In this document: piece by piece, positions 42,435 to 58,200 of the stretch
Numbering within the stretch: position 1 is the first letter of the stretch
How the letters are laid out: the number at the start of each line of letters is the position of its first letter
Source of the DNA: Felis catus
Taxonomy: Eukaryota
NCBI RefSeq assembly: GCF_018350175.1
Contig: NC_058382.1
Span: 58,964,001 to 59,028,000 of the forward strand
DNA length: 64,000 nt
Direction of reading: 5' to 3'
The notes under the pieces: generated by a model
What the model was told of the DNA's origin: nothing
Seen by the model: the letters and a program-made list of their open reading frames with translations, nothing else
Databases searched by the model: none
Made by a program: the position numbers and the translations under genes

Positions 42435-43390
42435 GTTTTTAAAAATAGACCTAATAGAGCCATTTTGGGTTCACAGCACAATTGAGCCAAAGGTACAGAG
42501 AGCGTCCCATACACTCCCCACCTCCCTCCACAGCCCCCCCCCCCGCCAGGATCAACATCCCACGTCACAGCAGTGCCTTCATCACCATCACCTGTGACTC
42601 ATCATTATCACCATGGACCCAATGTCTGTGCCACCCTCCCCCCCCCATATGTTGAAGCCCGATGCCCCATGTGATGGCTTTCGTGGGCGGAGCCTTTGGG
42701 AGGTGACAGGTCATGAAGACAGAGCCTCCTTGGTGGGATCAGGGCCCTTATATGGGGGACTCCAGAGAGCTCCCTCCCCCCTTCCGCCGTGGGAGGACAC
42801 AGAAAGAAGACGGGCATCCGTGGACCGGGAAGCGGGCTCTCACCAGACGCCCATCTGCTGTGACCCTTGATCTTGGACTTGCCAGCCTCGAGACCTGTGA
42901 GAAACAAAGGCTTGTTTAAGCTGCCCTGCCTGTGTGATTTTGCCATAGCATCCCAACTGAAGGCACACTCAGAGTCCACAGTTGACGTTAGGGGGTGTTC
43001 TTGCTGGTGGACATTCCATGGGTGTGGACAAACGTATACACGTGGACCCGTCCATTGTGGTATCGTACAGAATGGTCTCACTGCCCCCATCCCGCCAAAT
43101 CCCCTGCGGCACCTGTTCGTTCCCCCTCCCTCTCGTCCTTGGTGGCCCCTGACATTTTACTGTCTCCATAGCTGTGCCTTTTCCAGAATGTCACAGAGTT
43201 GGAATCCTGTAGACGGTAGCCTTTCCAGATTGCCTGATTTCACTCAGTAATACGCACTTAAGGTTCCTTCATATCGTTTCAGGGCTGGGCAGCTCTTTTC
43301 TTTGTAGTGCTGAACATCATTCCATCATCTGCACAGACCACAGTTTATTCACCCCTCAGCTACCGGAGGATACCTGGGCTGCTCCCAGGG
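42435..43390 (-). mobile_element. Old L1 3'-UTR fragment interrupted by an LTR
   Basis: Resembles an antisense L1M 3' end (ttttgggttcacagcacaattgagc...; ...tgccttttccagaatgtcacagagttggaatc...tttcactcagtaatacgcacttaaggttcc). Family assigned from memory. Confidence 0.65.
42610..42968 (+). mobile_element. MLT1-like (ERVL-MaLR) solo LTR
   Basis: Characteristic segments gcctttgggaggtga, ctctcaccagac, ccttgatcttggacttgccagcctc, tgtgagaaacaaa, tgtttaagc. Confidence 0.75.
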
Positions 43391-44257
43391 TGTGCGTGGG
43401 TTCACGTAAGGGTTTTATAGCTTGTCACAGCTTTTTCTTACGTGTTCTCACGACCCCTTCGAAGCCGGCCAGAAGGAACACATAGTGAAAAAGGCAAGAG
43501 CATGGGGAGCTTGGCCATGGATCTCCGAGCTGTGTGACTTAGGGCAACTCACTCACCTCTCTGGGCGTCTGTTCCCTTTTCTGTAAAATGTGGGGGAAGG
43601 GATTCCTCCATTGGAATGGGTGAGAGGTCAGAGCGGCCGGGGACGCGGGGAGTCCGAGCACACCCAGCCCGCAGCAGGCACGCTGTCATCGTCCCATAAC
43701 CATCCTGCTAGACAGACAAGGGAAGCTGTTGAGAGATGAGATCCAGTGATTCACTGAGGTGCCGGGGTGCTGACAGCCAGCCCTCTCCCCGTGTGCGCCT
43801 CTGAAACGCCAATGCCTCCAGCCTAAACTTTGCGGGTACGGACTTCAGATATTAGATGCCACATTCTGCTTTCTGCTGCCCGACCTCCCCCCTGCACCGT
43901 ATGCACATACACACGCAACTCCTAAAGTGCTGAAAACAAACACAAGCAAGCAGAGATCATTCTAATAACAACAAAGCCTGGCTCCCGGGGAGCTAGCAGG
44001 TTCCCTTCCCCCTCCAGGCATCCCTCGGTTATCTGGCTCTGCTCCTGAGTTATGCGCCCTCTCCCATCCTGGGATCCGCTGAGGCTGTCCGTCAGCGTCT
44101 GGCATTTCAAGGCACGTTCTACCAAGGCAAGGCGAGGACGCCCGAAGTGTCACAGCGATGCCTTGCCCCCACTGCCCAGGTCAAGGGTGTGCCACACGAT
44201 TCAGACTGCACCCGGCTCCTGTCTCCAAATTCTGTCCTCCCCCGGTGTCTGCGGCCA

Positions 44258-44445
44258 CTGCCTCCTCCCTCCCTCCCCTTCCTCTCCTGCCCTCCTCCTC
44301 CCTTTTCCTCTCCACCTCCTCCTGCCTCCTCCCTCCTCTTCCTCCCCCTCCTTCCCCCTCCTTCCTCCTCCTTCCCTTCTTTCCCTCCTTCCTGTCCTCC
44401 TCTCTCCTCTACCTCCTCCTTCCTCTCCCACTCCTCCCTCCCCCA
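44258..44445. repeat. Polypyrimidine/polypurine low-complexity tract (CCT/CT-rich)
   Basis: About 185 nt of almost only C and T on the + strand. Confidence 0.9.
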
Positions 44446-47391
44446 CTTACCCTGTGTCTTGCCCTCCGTGCACCTGCACTCCCCCCTGCATAGCTTCCAG
44501 CTGTGACCTCATGGACACACTTCTCCACCAGCCTTCCAGGCCTTCTGGGGTCACCAGCTTGCACACTCAAACCCCTCTCTCAGCCAGACTTCCTCTCTGT
44601 CAACTCGCCTTGGTCCTTCTCCTCCTTCCTGCTTTTGTGGGTGTCTCTCCCATCCCAGAAATGCCCTCCCGCACCCCAAATTGGCCCAGTGGCTAGCAGG
44701 TGGGAAGGGTGGGGCGCTCGAAGAGACTCCTCTATCAGAGCGGGGATGGGCCAACGCCGCAAAGGTCCCTGGCAAGGAACAGCAGACTCAAGAGGCATCA
44801 CTTCAAGGCACAGAGGGGACCGGCACTGGGTCTAAAGCTGGAGATGCGGAGGGTGGGCGGAGTCGTGCCCGCTCAGAGCTCTGCCTGCGTCGGGCGAACC
44901 CAGATGCTAACGCGAAATTTACACGCGGCTGCAGTGACGCCCCAGGGACAACCGGGCGCCGTTTGGGTCACGGTTTGAACAGCCCCCTGGCACACGGGAA
45001 CCAGCCGGCGTCTTCCAAGTAAACTTACTACCATCTCTCAACACAGAGCAGGGAGGCAGAAGATCACAGCCACCCTCACCGAGGAGAAAGCCTGTTTTCT
45101 CGAGACAGTGGGTGGCTGAGCCCCAGAAGGGGCTCGCGGTCTCTGTGACTGGGGAGCCGGATGGCAAGAGGCTGCTGTTTAGCCGTGTGGTGCACGACCC
45201 GCACGCCTTTAAAAAAGCAGTATAATTTCTATCATACGCGGAGCTCCAGAAATCCTGCCATCTTCTCCTGTCGTGCACCTTCCACCTTCTCCTTGAACCG
45301 TGAACGTTGATGGCACGTGGTTATTCGGCAGCTGCACCTACTGCCTCGTGGACGTAGGATCGTTTAATAGGCTAAGAACTGAAAAGGTCTGCGTGTGTTT
45401 TTGCCAAAACAGAAGTTTCAGCCTGTGAGCCCTTTTCCAGGACAGCCGTGGAGCATTTGACAATGCTTCCCGTTTGCTAGGCAGCCTCTGCCTAGAATAA
45501 ATGCCAGTAACTGTTGGGACTGAGTCCTGGGTTTCCACCCCTAAGTGGGGGACGAGGCCTGTGGTCACGGCAGGAGAGACGGGGTGTTTCTGAAGCCCGA
45601 GGTGACATCTACCTGTTGAGCTTACAATCCCGGAGCGTGGATTCTGTGCCAGGCACAGCAGTGAGGTGTGGGGTGCAGTGGGTGCACGAGGCAGATCAGG
45701 TCTCCCCCTGCTCTCCCGCTTCTTGTATCCTGGCGGGGGGGGGGGTGGAATCCTGTCAGAGGATCCTGTCAGGTAGGGGGAAGCAAATCTGGATGGGGGT
45801 GGGGTGAAGGACGGGAGAAAGCAGATGGGAGGAGGTCTCAGAGAAGGAGGCAAGGCAGCAAGGAACTGAGGACAGGGGACACAGGCAAAAGGGATAGCAC
45901 GTGCAAAGGCCCTGTGGAGGGTCCAGGTTGGGCTGGTGTTGGGAGTCCCCGGTGTGGACACTCATGTGCAAAGGCCGGGGTCCAGCAGGGGAATGTTCTT
46001 TGCTTTCGTGGGATTCCTAAAGGGTGAAAAGCACCCAGGGCCAGCCACGCTCAGACTCCTTTGGGGGCACAAGTCTGCACCCCGGACTCCATTCAGTCCT
46101 TTAGAGGACCCCTGGGGCCTCCCTCGGTTACTACCACCGTTGAGACCCCGCCGTCACTTTGAGGCTCTGCTCAACGCTGCCCTGCACGGTGACCCCAGTC
46201 TGGCTTATTCCCTGGGGCTCACCCCACAGGTGAGAACCAGTCACTGCCTCCCTCTTTCTCTCCCTGCCCTTGTCCACACAATCAAGCCCTGTCTGCACCT
46301 CCCAGAGAATAGTCTGCTTTTCACAGGCTCCGGTAATGAGTCATTTACCCCATAGGGTTAATGGCAGGGTTTCCCGCTGGTGATATAAAAAGGTAAAATT
46401 TCGGGGACATTGAGTCACGTGTGTTCAGAAGTCGTGCCTTCGTGCATACACCATTCACCATGTATATATAGTTATAAAATTACGTATCTATTTGTTTCCA
46501 TTTAGACTATTTTTATATGTATATAGAAGTTCCTAGTTTAACTTTTTAAGTCTCTTTTGACTTCCAAGGTCCTGACCCTAATTCCAGAGTGACGGGCTGA
46601 GAGATTCAGTCCTATCACTTGGCAGTTACAAGACCTGAGTCGATTACTTAAGGCCTCTAGACTGCGCTCACCTCCCCTGCAAAGCAGTGATATTAACAGT
46701 GCCCACCCCAAAAGAGGATTAAAGGAGCAGTCAGGGACCGATCGTCCAGCACATAGTACGCACACATTAAATTTTCTCCTATACAGCAGGCAGGAAAATC
46801 TTGAAAAAGTCCTACATTCATTCAACAAACATTCTTATGCACCTGTTACGTGCCAAGGTGTCACGCCAGGCACTGGGACTGCAGAGAGGAATTAGGCGGC
46901 CACCAAGGGCCTAGAGAGGTAGGACACGAGTGGCACACGTAAGGCTGCCCAACCAGCGTGGGCTCCGCCCACCCGCCAGCCCAGGGCTGACCGAGCTTCC
47001 GGTTCTCTGGGGGCGCTCGGGCCATGTGACCGGCTCTGGCCAATGAGCTGTGGAGGAAAGGGATCCATGGCTCTTGAAGGCTGGACCAATTCATTCCCAG
47101 GGCAGGATCTCCCTGTCTTGCCCCTGGCGAGGTGGTAGGAGAGACAGCTCTTGAAAACTCAGGCTCCTGAGTGACTGGAGGAGCAGAGCTCCTGCCAACC
47201 TGGGACTGGCCCAACAGGAAGTCACTGAGACTAGGGATGGCCTCTCACTGGGGCTACACCAGCCTCACGTGACTGATGCACCCACTAGGCAAATCAGTCA
47301 CACAGCAATCTGGCTAAGGGCAACCACGCAGAACTTACAGAGAAGCATGTAATGAATTCCTTTGCGAAGAAACGTATGTATACCTTTAAAT

Positions 47392-47579
47392 TTCTTTTAA
47401 TGCTTATATATGTTTGAGAGAGAGAGGGAGAGAGAGGGAGAAATGGAATCTGAAGCCTGCAGGGCCCAGGCTCCGAGCTGTCAGCACAGAGCTGGGTGTG
47501 GGGCTCGAACCCATGGACCATGAGATCATGAGCTGAGCCAAAGTTGGACGCTTAACCCACTGAGCCACCCAGGCGCCCC
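47392..47579 (-). mobile_element. CAN-SINE
   Basis: (GA)n...ggctccgagctgtcagcacagag...gagccacccaggcgcccc, flanked by tatg(t/c)ata(c/t)ctttaa. Confidence 0.9.
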
Positions 47580-49065
47580 ATATGCATATCTTTAACATCC
47601 TGTTTGGAAAACATCTATAGGATTCTACTGGATTTCTTGCATCTTTGTATTTATTGTGGCAATTAATTGTGGCTTGAATTATAAGGCAGAAAAGCTCCTT
47701 AGAGAATCAGCTTTTTTTTTTTTTTTTTATAACGACCACAGGTAATGTGATTGAGCCCATGGCTGTTGACGATTATTTTTCAGAAACGTCCAGAACGCAA
47801 GGAGAAGGGACACCAGGGCCAAGTTGGTCCCCACGTTGGGTCTTGCGACTGCTTCCATGGAAAGGTGTTTGCTTTATGGCACTTCTTAACTTTCCAGAGT
47901 GACAGGCGTGTTTTTTCCCCATTTTTTGTTTTCATTTTGAAAAATGTCAAGCTTACGGGAAAGGTGCAAGACCAGTGCCCAGTGAATCCCCACGCACCAT
48001 AGGTTAGAGATTTTACCTCACTTGCCATTTGAGATGGGTCTCCCTTTCTCCCTCCCCCCCCCCACCTGCAGTTCACTGTGGTACTAGTGGCAGCAAGGAT
48101 GACACGAACCCTAAACACTTTGACGTGTACCTTCCAGAAACGAGGACGTGTCCTTGCTTGGCCACATGCGGTGATGACACTCGAGAATTTTAACCCCGAT
48201 ACGAGATTATTCTCGAACGTGCACTCCAGATTCACATTTCCCCAGGGGCTCTCGAAACTTCCTCTGTTTGCTTTTGAAATTTCCTCCATTCGGGATGAAG
48301 CACGGCCTGTGGTTCTCCGGCTTCTTTTGTCTTCCCACCAAGGATCGCCCTCCCCCCTGTTATTTCGCACTGTCCACGGTGCGAGACTTCAACTCCCGAG
48401 AAAGGCCTCGCTCTGCGAAATGGGCTCCGAGAGGTTTCATCATGGACACACCTGCTGTCCCGGAAAACAGATAATTGCTAGGAGCCGGACGATGATGGAT
48501 TTTTAAGCAGCACCACGGATTCTGCTCATCCCAAGGGTTCATCAGGTCCCAGGTAGATTTGGGAAGCCTGGGGCCGCTCTTATCCCGGGTCCCTTGCCTT
48601 AAAACCTAAGGCGTCTCCTGAGCCCAAGGGGAGACTTTGAAAGGACCCTGGGACAAATGTCTTGAAAACAGAGAAGGCCCAATCTCCTTTCGCTTGTGGC
48701 CTCTTTGAATTCTCTGTTGGGCGTCAAAGGCAGAAGCTGCAGACATGTTTAGGACTCTCCCTCTGGTTAAAGCCGATGCCGCCCGCACAGCGTCCGGGAC
48801 AAACGTTTTTCCGATGAGTCCCCTGAGATCCGCACCACGCCTTGGGCAGGAGGACAGCTGCCATGGGGAGACACAGTTTGTCCAACAGCCCCGGGGTGGG
48901 GGTGGGGTGGGGGGCAACACGTAAACTTCTAGCCACCCGAGAGGCGCAGACTTTCATTTGCTCAAAACCTCAGCGAATCTCTTGCTCCTGAGAAGTTTCA
49001 GAGACATTTTCTGTTTTCCCCGCAGATCGTGTTCTTGACACATTGCAAAGCTATGGGAAACGTTT

Positions 49066-49280
49066 TCCTTTTTCTTTTTTAATTTTTAATGTTTATTTAT
49101 TATTGACAGAGAGGGACAGAGCATGAGCATGGGAGGGGCCGGGAGACACAGAATCCGAAGCAGGCTCCAGGCTCTGAGCTGTCAGCACGGAGCCGGACGC
49201 GGGGCTCGAACTCACAAACCGAGAGATCACGACCTGAGCCGAAGTCCGACGCTTAAGCGACTGAGCCACCCAGGCGCCCC
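49066..49280 (-). mobile_element. CAN-SINE (feliform type, CpG-rich, probably young)
   Basis: gagacacagaatccgaagcaggctccaggctctgagctgtcagcacggagccggacgcggggctcgaactc...gacgcttaagcgactgagccacccaggcgcccc. Confidence 0.93.
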
Positions 49281-50899
49281 TGTTTTGCTTCTTCTTAATC
49301 CACCGGCGGTGGGGCCCGCAGTTTATTTTCAGCGTCTCTCTGACTCCACAGGTGTTTGAAGGCTTCTACTCCCGCGCTGCAATGCTCACGTGCATCCAGA
49401 CGGTGGCAGCACCTCCATTGCGACCAGAACGCCCGGGTTTCCTTCTTCTTTTCCAGAGTAGTTCCCCGGTTGGCCTTCAGATGGCGCCAACACCACAGGC
49501 CCGCGGCGGCCGCCGCGTCCAGGAGCCCAATGCGCCGGGGCGGGGAGGCTACGCGGTCGGCTGGGGGGGGACGGAGGTGGGGGGGAGTGGGGCATGACCC
49601 GACTATCGCCCGCCCTCATCGTCGCTCATCGTTCTGGAACCACACACGGCCCTCTGCGGGCCCGATTCCGCTCTGGGCTCCGTGACCACTACATGAGCAG
49701 GGGAAGCCATCAGCCATGAGTTAGGAGCCCCCGATCCAAAATACGCTGGCAGGTTAAAGCAAAGATCGGAAACATGGTTTTCGCAAAGTCCAGGTGTGTG
49801 GAAGGTGTTGTTATGATAACCTGTGCAAACATCTCGCCCGGAGTCCTACTGAGCGGAGAAGAAACCCAATTCCAGGGGCAAAGGAAAATGTCTCTCTCAC
49901 CTTTTCTATCTGGATTGCAAGGATTTCTTTCCTCCCCACCCCGCTTTTTTTGGGGGGGGGGAGGGGGTGGGGGGGCAATAATAATTTTGGCCACTCAAGC
50001 AGGGGCTTTCCAGATGACATTATTTTAAACCTGGACATGCTTATAAATACAAACTCAGACAGAAACTACCATTTTTGAATCTATTTTCCATGGTCCACAG
50101 TTATTTTGGGTTTAGCTCTGTGCTGTGATAAAGCTTTTTTTTTTTTTTAAGGCACCTCATAAAAGCAGAGGGAATAATATTTCTCCAGGAAGCCTACAGA
50201 CCGAGGAGTGTTTCTTGGTCAATAGTTTGCATTTCCGGCAAAATTGTGAGAAATCGAGGTGCCTGGCAGGCCATCCGGGAGGAAGATGTATATACGCACA
50301 CACATATATTTATTTTATAAAATGGAGCTGAACATATTAAAAAATAATAAAGTCAAATCGTTCACCTGTGAGCTGAGGACTGGGAAACTTTATTTTACTT
50401 CGTTGCAAAAAAAAAAAAAATTAAGTGAGAGAAAGACTCGGGGCACCCATAAAAAATATAGTGTTTCAGAAGTAGAACTATTCAAGAGACTAGGAACCTG
50501 GTTTGTGCTTTGCCTCTGATTGTGAATTCATCAGGAGAGCATACCATTCATAGATGACGCACACAAACACTTTTCTTTTGTTCCTTTATTGAAAATGAAT
50601 GGCACGTCTCCACTGCCTTCTCTCGCCTCCCCAAAGCTGAGCGCCCTCGGATTCTCTCACACCCCTTTCCCGGGAATCAGGCAAGCGCCTGACGGAACAG
50701 GGGTAGGGTGGGGGCCCAAACCACGCAAGTTGTATCTTTGTTCTTCCCTACCCAACCGAGGGACGACCTCCAGAAGAATTCTGACCAGCCTTTAGCCCTT
50801 CTTATGAGCGTCCTTCCCCCTCCAGGGGAAGCGGGTAAGTGTGATCCGATCGCCCGAGGTGTTGGGGGAATAAATATTCAGACCACAGATGAACTGACT

Positions 50900-54450
<3,551 letters not shown>

Positions 54451-55251
54451 AAAAATATGCCCACCAGCTTTTTTTTTTCTCAGACTCAGGAGCAGAGAGA
54501 GCTCGCGCCCGGCCTCAGTCCTCTGTGAAGCTTCAGGTAACTTTAATTCGCTGCCCCGTTTCCGAGGTCCTAAAAGAACCCCCCCCTCCCCACAAGGGAC
54601 GCGGCCCGGCGAAATGAATATTGAGTTTTAAGTCCCCCTCCCCTCCTTCCAGGATGGTTGTGCTGAATGCTGCAGCTGGGGTTTAAAAAAAAATTAAGTT
54701 ACGGACCAAATCCCAGAGCGACCCGGTAATGACTCTCTCTGTAGAGACCCCCATAGGTCTACGGGGGCGGGGGGGGGGGTCTCTATAGATTACGTCTGTG
54801 CTGTGTGTAATTTTAAATTTCTCTAACCGTGCTGTACAAATGTGTGCATTTGTAATCAGGCTATTTTGTTGTTGTTGTTCAGAGCCATTAATATAATATT
54901 TAAAGTTGAGTTCACTGGATAAGTTTTCATCTTGCCCAACCATTTCTAACTCCCAAAAGGAAAATTTAAGAAACCTACGTGGGTTTTTTTTTTTTTTTTA
55001 CCGCCCTGTACACTTATGAGGCATAATTCTTTTCCCGGTGGTAGGTCTTTTACAAAACAAGGAAATAATTTATTTTGTTGTTGTTGTTGGCGGATAAAGA
55101 AGTCAAGTATCTGATACTTTTTATTTACAGAGTGTGATGGTTTTGTATAGTAGATTCCTCCCTGAGCATTCCTAAAAGAAAAAAAAAACTTTAAAAATTT
55201 AACTTCACCTGTGTTTGTCTTATGTGGTGTTAATTGTTGTACTTACCTTAA

Positions 55252-55257
55252 AATAAA
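55252..55257 (+). terminator. FOXC2 polyadenylation signal
   Basis: AATAAA at the end of an AU-rich UTR, followed by GT-rich downstream elements (tgttgttttt, gtgtgtttgtgtt). Confidence 0.8.
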
Positions 55258-58200
55258 CCCATGTTGTTTTTCTGCCCCAAGTCCGGACGGTGTGTTTGTG
55301 TTCTCGCAGTTTTTAAAAACAAGGTGTGTTTGCAAATCCACCTGTTTTGATCATATTTGTTACGCAGGTGGGTGAACGCACAGACCTATACAGATGCTCG
55401 CAGGGGACTGGGGACGCTCCCCTGTTGTCTTGTTAGTGACGGAAAGGACTTCCATGAACTCAGATCCCACCCTGGCCTAGGCAGTTGAGAAACGTCCCGG
55501 TTGGACGTGGATGCCTGAAGGACTGGGCGCCTTCACGTTATTCGCTGTAAACGTTTTGCTAAATGCAAAAAAAAAAAAAAAAAAAAGCCAATTGTCAACA
55601 CAAATAGTACCACCATTCCATCTCAAACCCAGCGATCCCCAGCTGCGGAAGCAAAAGACAGGGAGGACCCAAGTTTTTCATTAGTTAACTACGAACCTGG
55701 GACCTGGGGGAGTCCTGCTTTCCCTCCGATTCCTAAAATGCGGACTTCCTTCCCCATCGTCATGGCTTTCCAGAAAAGAACGTGCAGTGGGCCGGAGAAG
55801 GTCCAAAGGGGATTGATTCTGGTGGTGGTTAGCTCAGAGGTGGATTTCAGACCCCTTTACGTCTTGATATGGTCTCTTAATCTTCACCCTACTGCAGTGA
55901 AAAACTGTAGAGGCTCTCTTCGGCCTTCGAATGTAACTTACGATGCTTTTGGAGTTCTAAATTTACCAACTCTTTCGGGACTGTAAATCACAGGGAGATG
56001 ATTGCCTTTTCAGTTTTGATATCTTGTCTTTAAAAATTTTTTAATAGCAATGAAACCATTTGTGGGGTGTGGCTGGGGCGGAGGGCGGGAGGGGGGTGAG
56101 GGGATGATTTTATTATCTCTTTCACTGGCCCAAAGGCACAATCCCCCCCCCCCTCCCCCGCTGGTCTCTGAGTGTGAGTTTTGAGGCCGGGGCTCCAAAC
56201 TGGGGATTTGTTTCCCACCCAAGGAGGTCAGCTGTACTTTGCTTAGGGCGAAGCGGGCTTAACATTTCGGGTAATGATGATTTTTCCAAAAAGTGATTTT
56301 CCTTGGTGCAGTGGCATTGAACAGAACGTGATTTTGTGTTGTTTTAACCATGGCAGTTTGTCTCCAGGTCATGCTGATGTAGTGCTGGGGGAGGTAGGAA
56401 CGTAATAAATTTACCCATATGTGCCACACAGATTCTTTGGATCTGTGGCCCCAGAGGTGACTAGTGGTTAAGACTTAAATGCTGCATTTTGTTCCTTTTC
56501 ATAGTGCTCGGGATCGGGGAGCCCCCGCGCTTGGTGTCTGACCTCCAGCAGGCTCCCAGGCCCCCTTGCCTTGGTTGAGTAAGCTGGACTAGCCAGCGAG
56601 GAAAGAGAGGGAGGCCAAGAGGCCCCCCGCTCCCAGCTCCCAACGGCAGCAGAGGCCGGCCCTCCCTGCCCAGCTCCTGCGCTCCGGGGCCATTTCGTTC
56701 CTGTTCTCCAGATGATGCTGGCGCTGGATTCCAGGAGGGTAGTCCAGCCGGCTTTCTCCTTCCCCAGGCTTTTCATAGAGTCCGCCCTGAAAGTGCGTCC
56801 TCCTCTCAAGATTCGGAGTTCAGCGGAGGTTTGAGAGACACGCAGGAAATAAAGGGGAGAGAAACGGGAAAGAATTCGGCGAGACCCGAGCTGCCACTGA
56901 AGCCACACCGGGACCTTCTGTCTCAGGGAAGGCCCCTCTGAGAGCAGTGCCTGTGCCGGGGCGCTGGCCCAGTGAACAGCTCAAGAAGGGACCCCCACCC
57001 GCCGGGGAGACGAGCACCCTTCCATTTCCCTAGGAACGTGGGCAGCTCGAGGGATTGTGTCCGGGGCCTTCTCCAGGCCTCTGGAGGCGGCAGAGGGAGG
57101 GGTGTGTGAGGCCATGGCACGCTGGGACGCCTCGGAACCCGGAAAGCCTCCTGACCCCGAGGCCCAGGGGCCAGGGTAGGTGCGGGTAAGCTCCCCCAGA
57201 AGGCCGGCCATGTGAGCTGGACACGGTGCTCAGAACTCGCTGGGCTCAGCGCTCCCGCCTCAGCAGCCCCGCTAGGACCTCGGGCCTGGGGACTGAGCGG
57301 CCTCGGGCGCCTCCCTCGGGGTGGGGAGATCCAGCAGCAGCGGGAAGCGGAGCATCCCGGTGGAGGCGTCTGGGGCCGCTTTGCCAGTTCCCGCTGTCCT
57401 GAGGCGTCTGCCACCCAGCGCGCAAAGATGCAGAGACCGCGCACGGCCCCGGGCTGTCCTTGCTCCACGTATCCGCTCCCCTCCCCTTGCTTTGGCCGCT
57501 GGGTCCTCGCGAGGCCCAGGGCCTTTCAGGAAAAGGGGAAAGGATGATGGAAGGGCCGGAATGTTGGTCGCTGGCTGCTGGGACTCCTGGCGGGCAGCTC
57601 TGAGGTCCGCCGAGCTCACTTAGCACGAAGCCCCGTGCAATAGCCACGTTCCCTCCTGATCCAGTAACGTGGAACCAGGCAGGTCTCAGAGCTACTGTCA
57701 ATGAAATGGGAGCAGCCCCAACACCACGGCGGAGACCGCTTCCTACAGAGTTAACCCTGCGTGCCCGACTGGCCTTGGCTGCCTGGACCGGTTCTACCCA
57801 GGGTCCAGTTGTCATAGATACGGGCCGCTGGGAAAGACTCCCAGGCTTCTGACAATCCCGAACATTCCCAGCCCCATAGAGGCTGCAGCTCGGAGAGCCT
57901 CTCTGCTTCTTGTGAGACTCGGAGACATGCCCCACGCTCACGGCTCTCGAGGGGAGAGGGACGTGTGGGGTGTGGCCCAGCCCAGGCCCCTCTCCCGAGG
58001 CCAGAGCTGAGCCTGCCGCCAGGTGGTCCTCATCCCCTGGTTCAAGTAGCCTGTCCCCACCCACACCCAAATCATGGTGACACGTGTCCCCTAATTGCCT
58101 GAGCATTGGCCTAGGAATTCCACGGCCACACGATGCCAGGGGAACAAACCATTTCTCCTGGCTGGCCTCAGTCTTCTTACGTGTAAAATGACCAGGTGGG

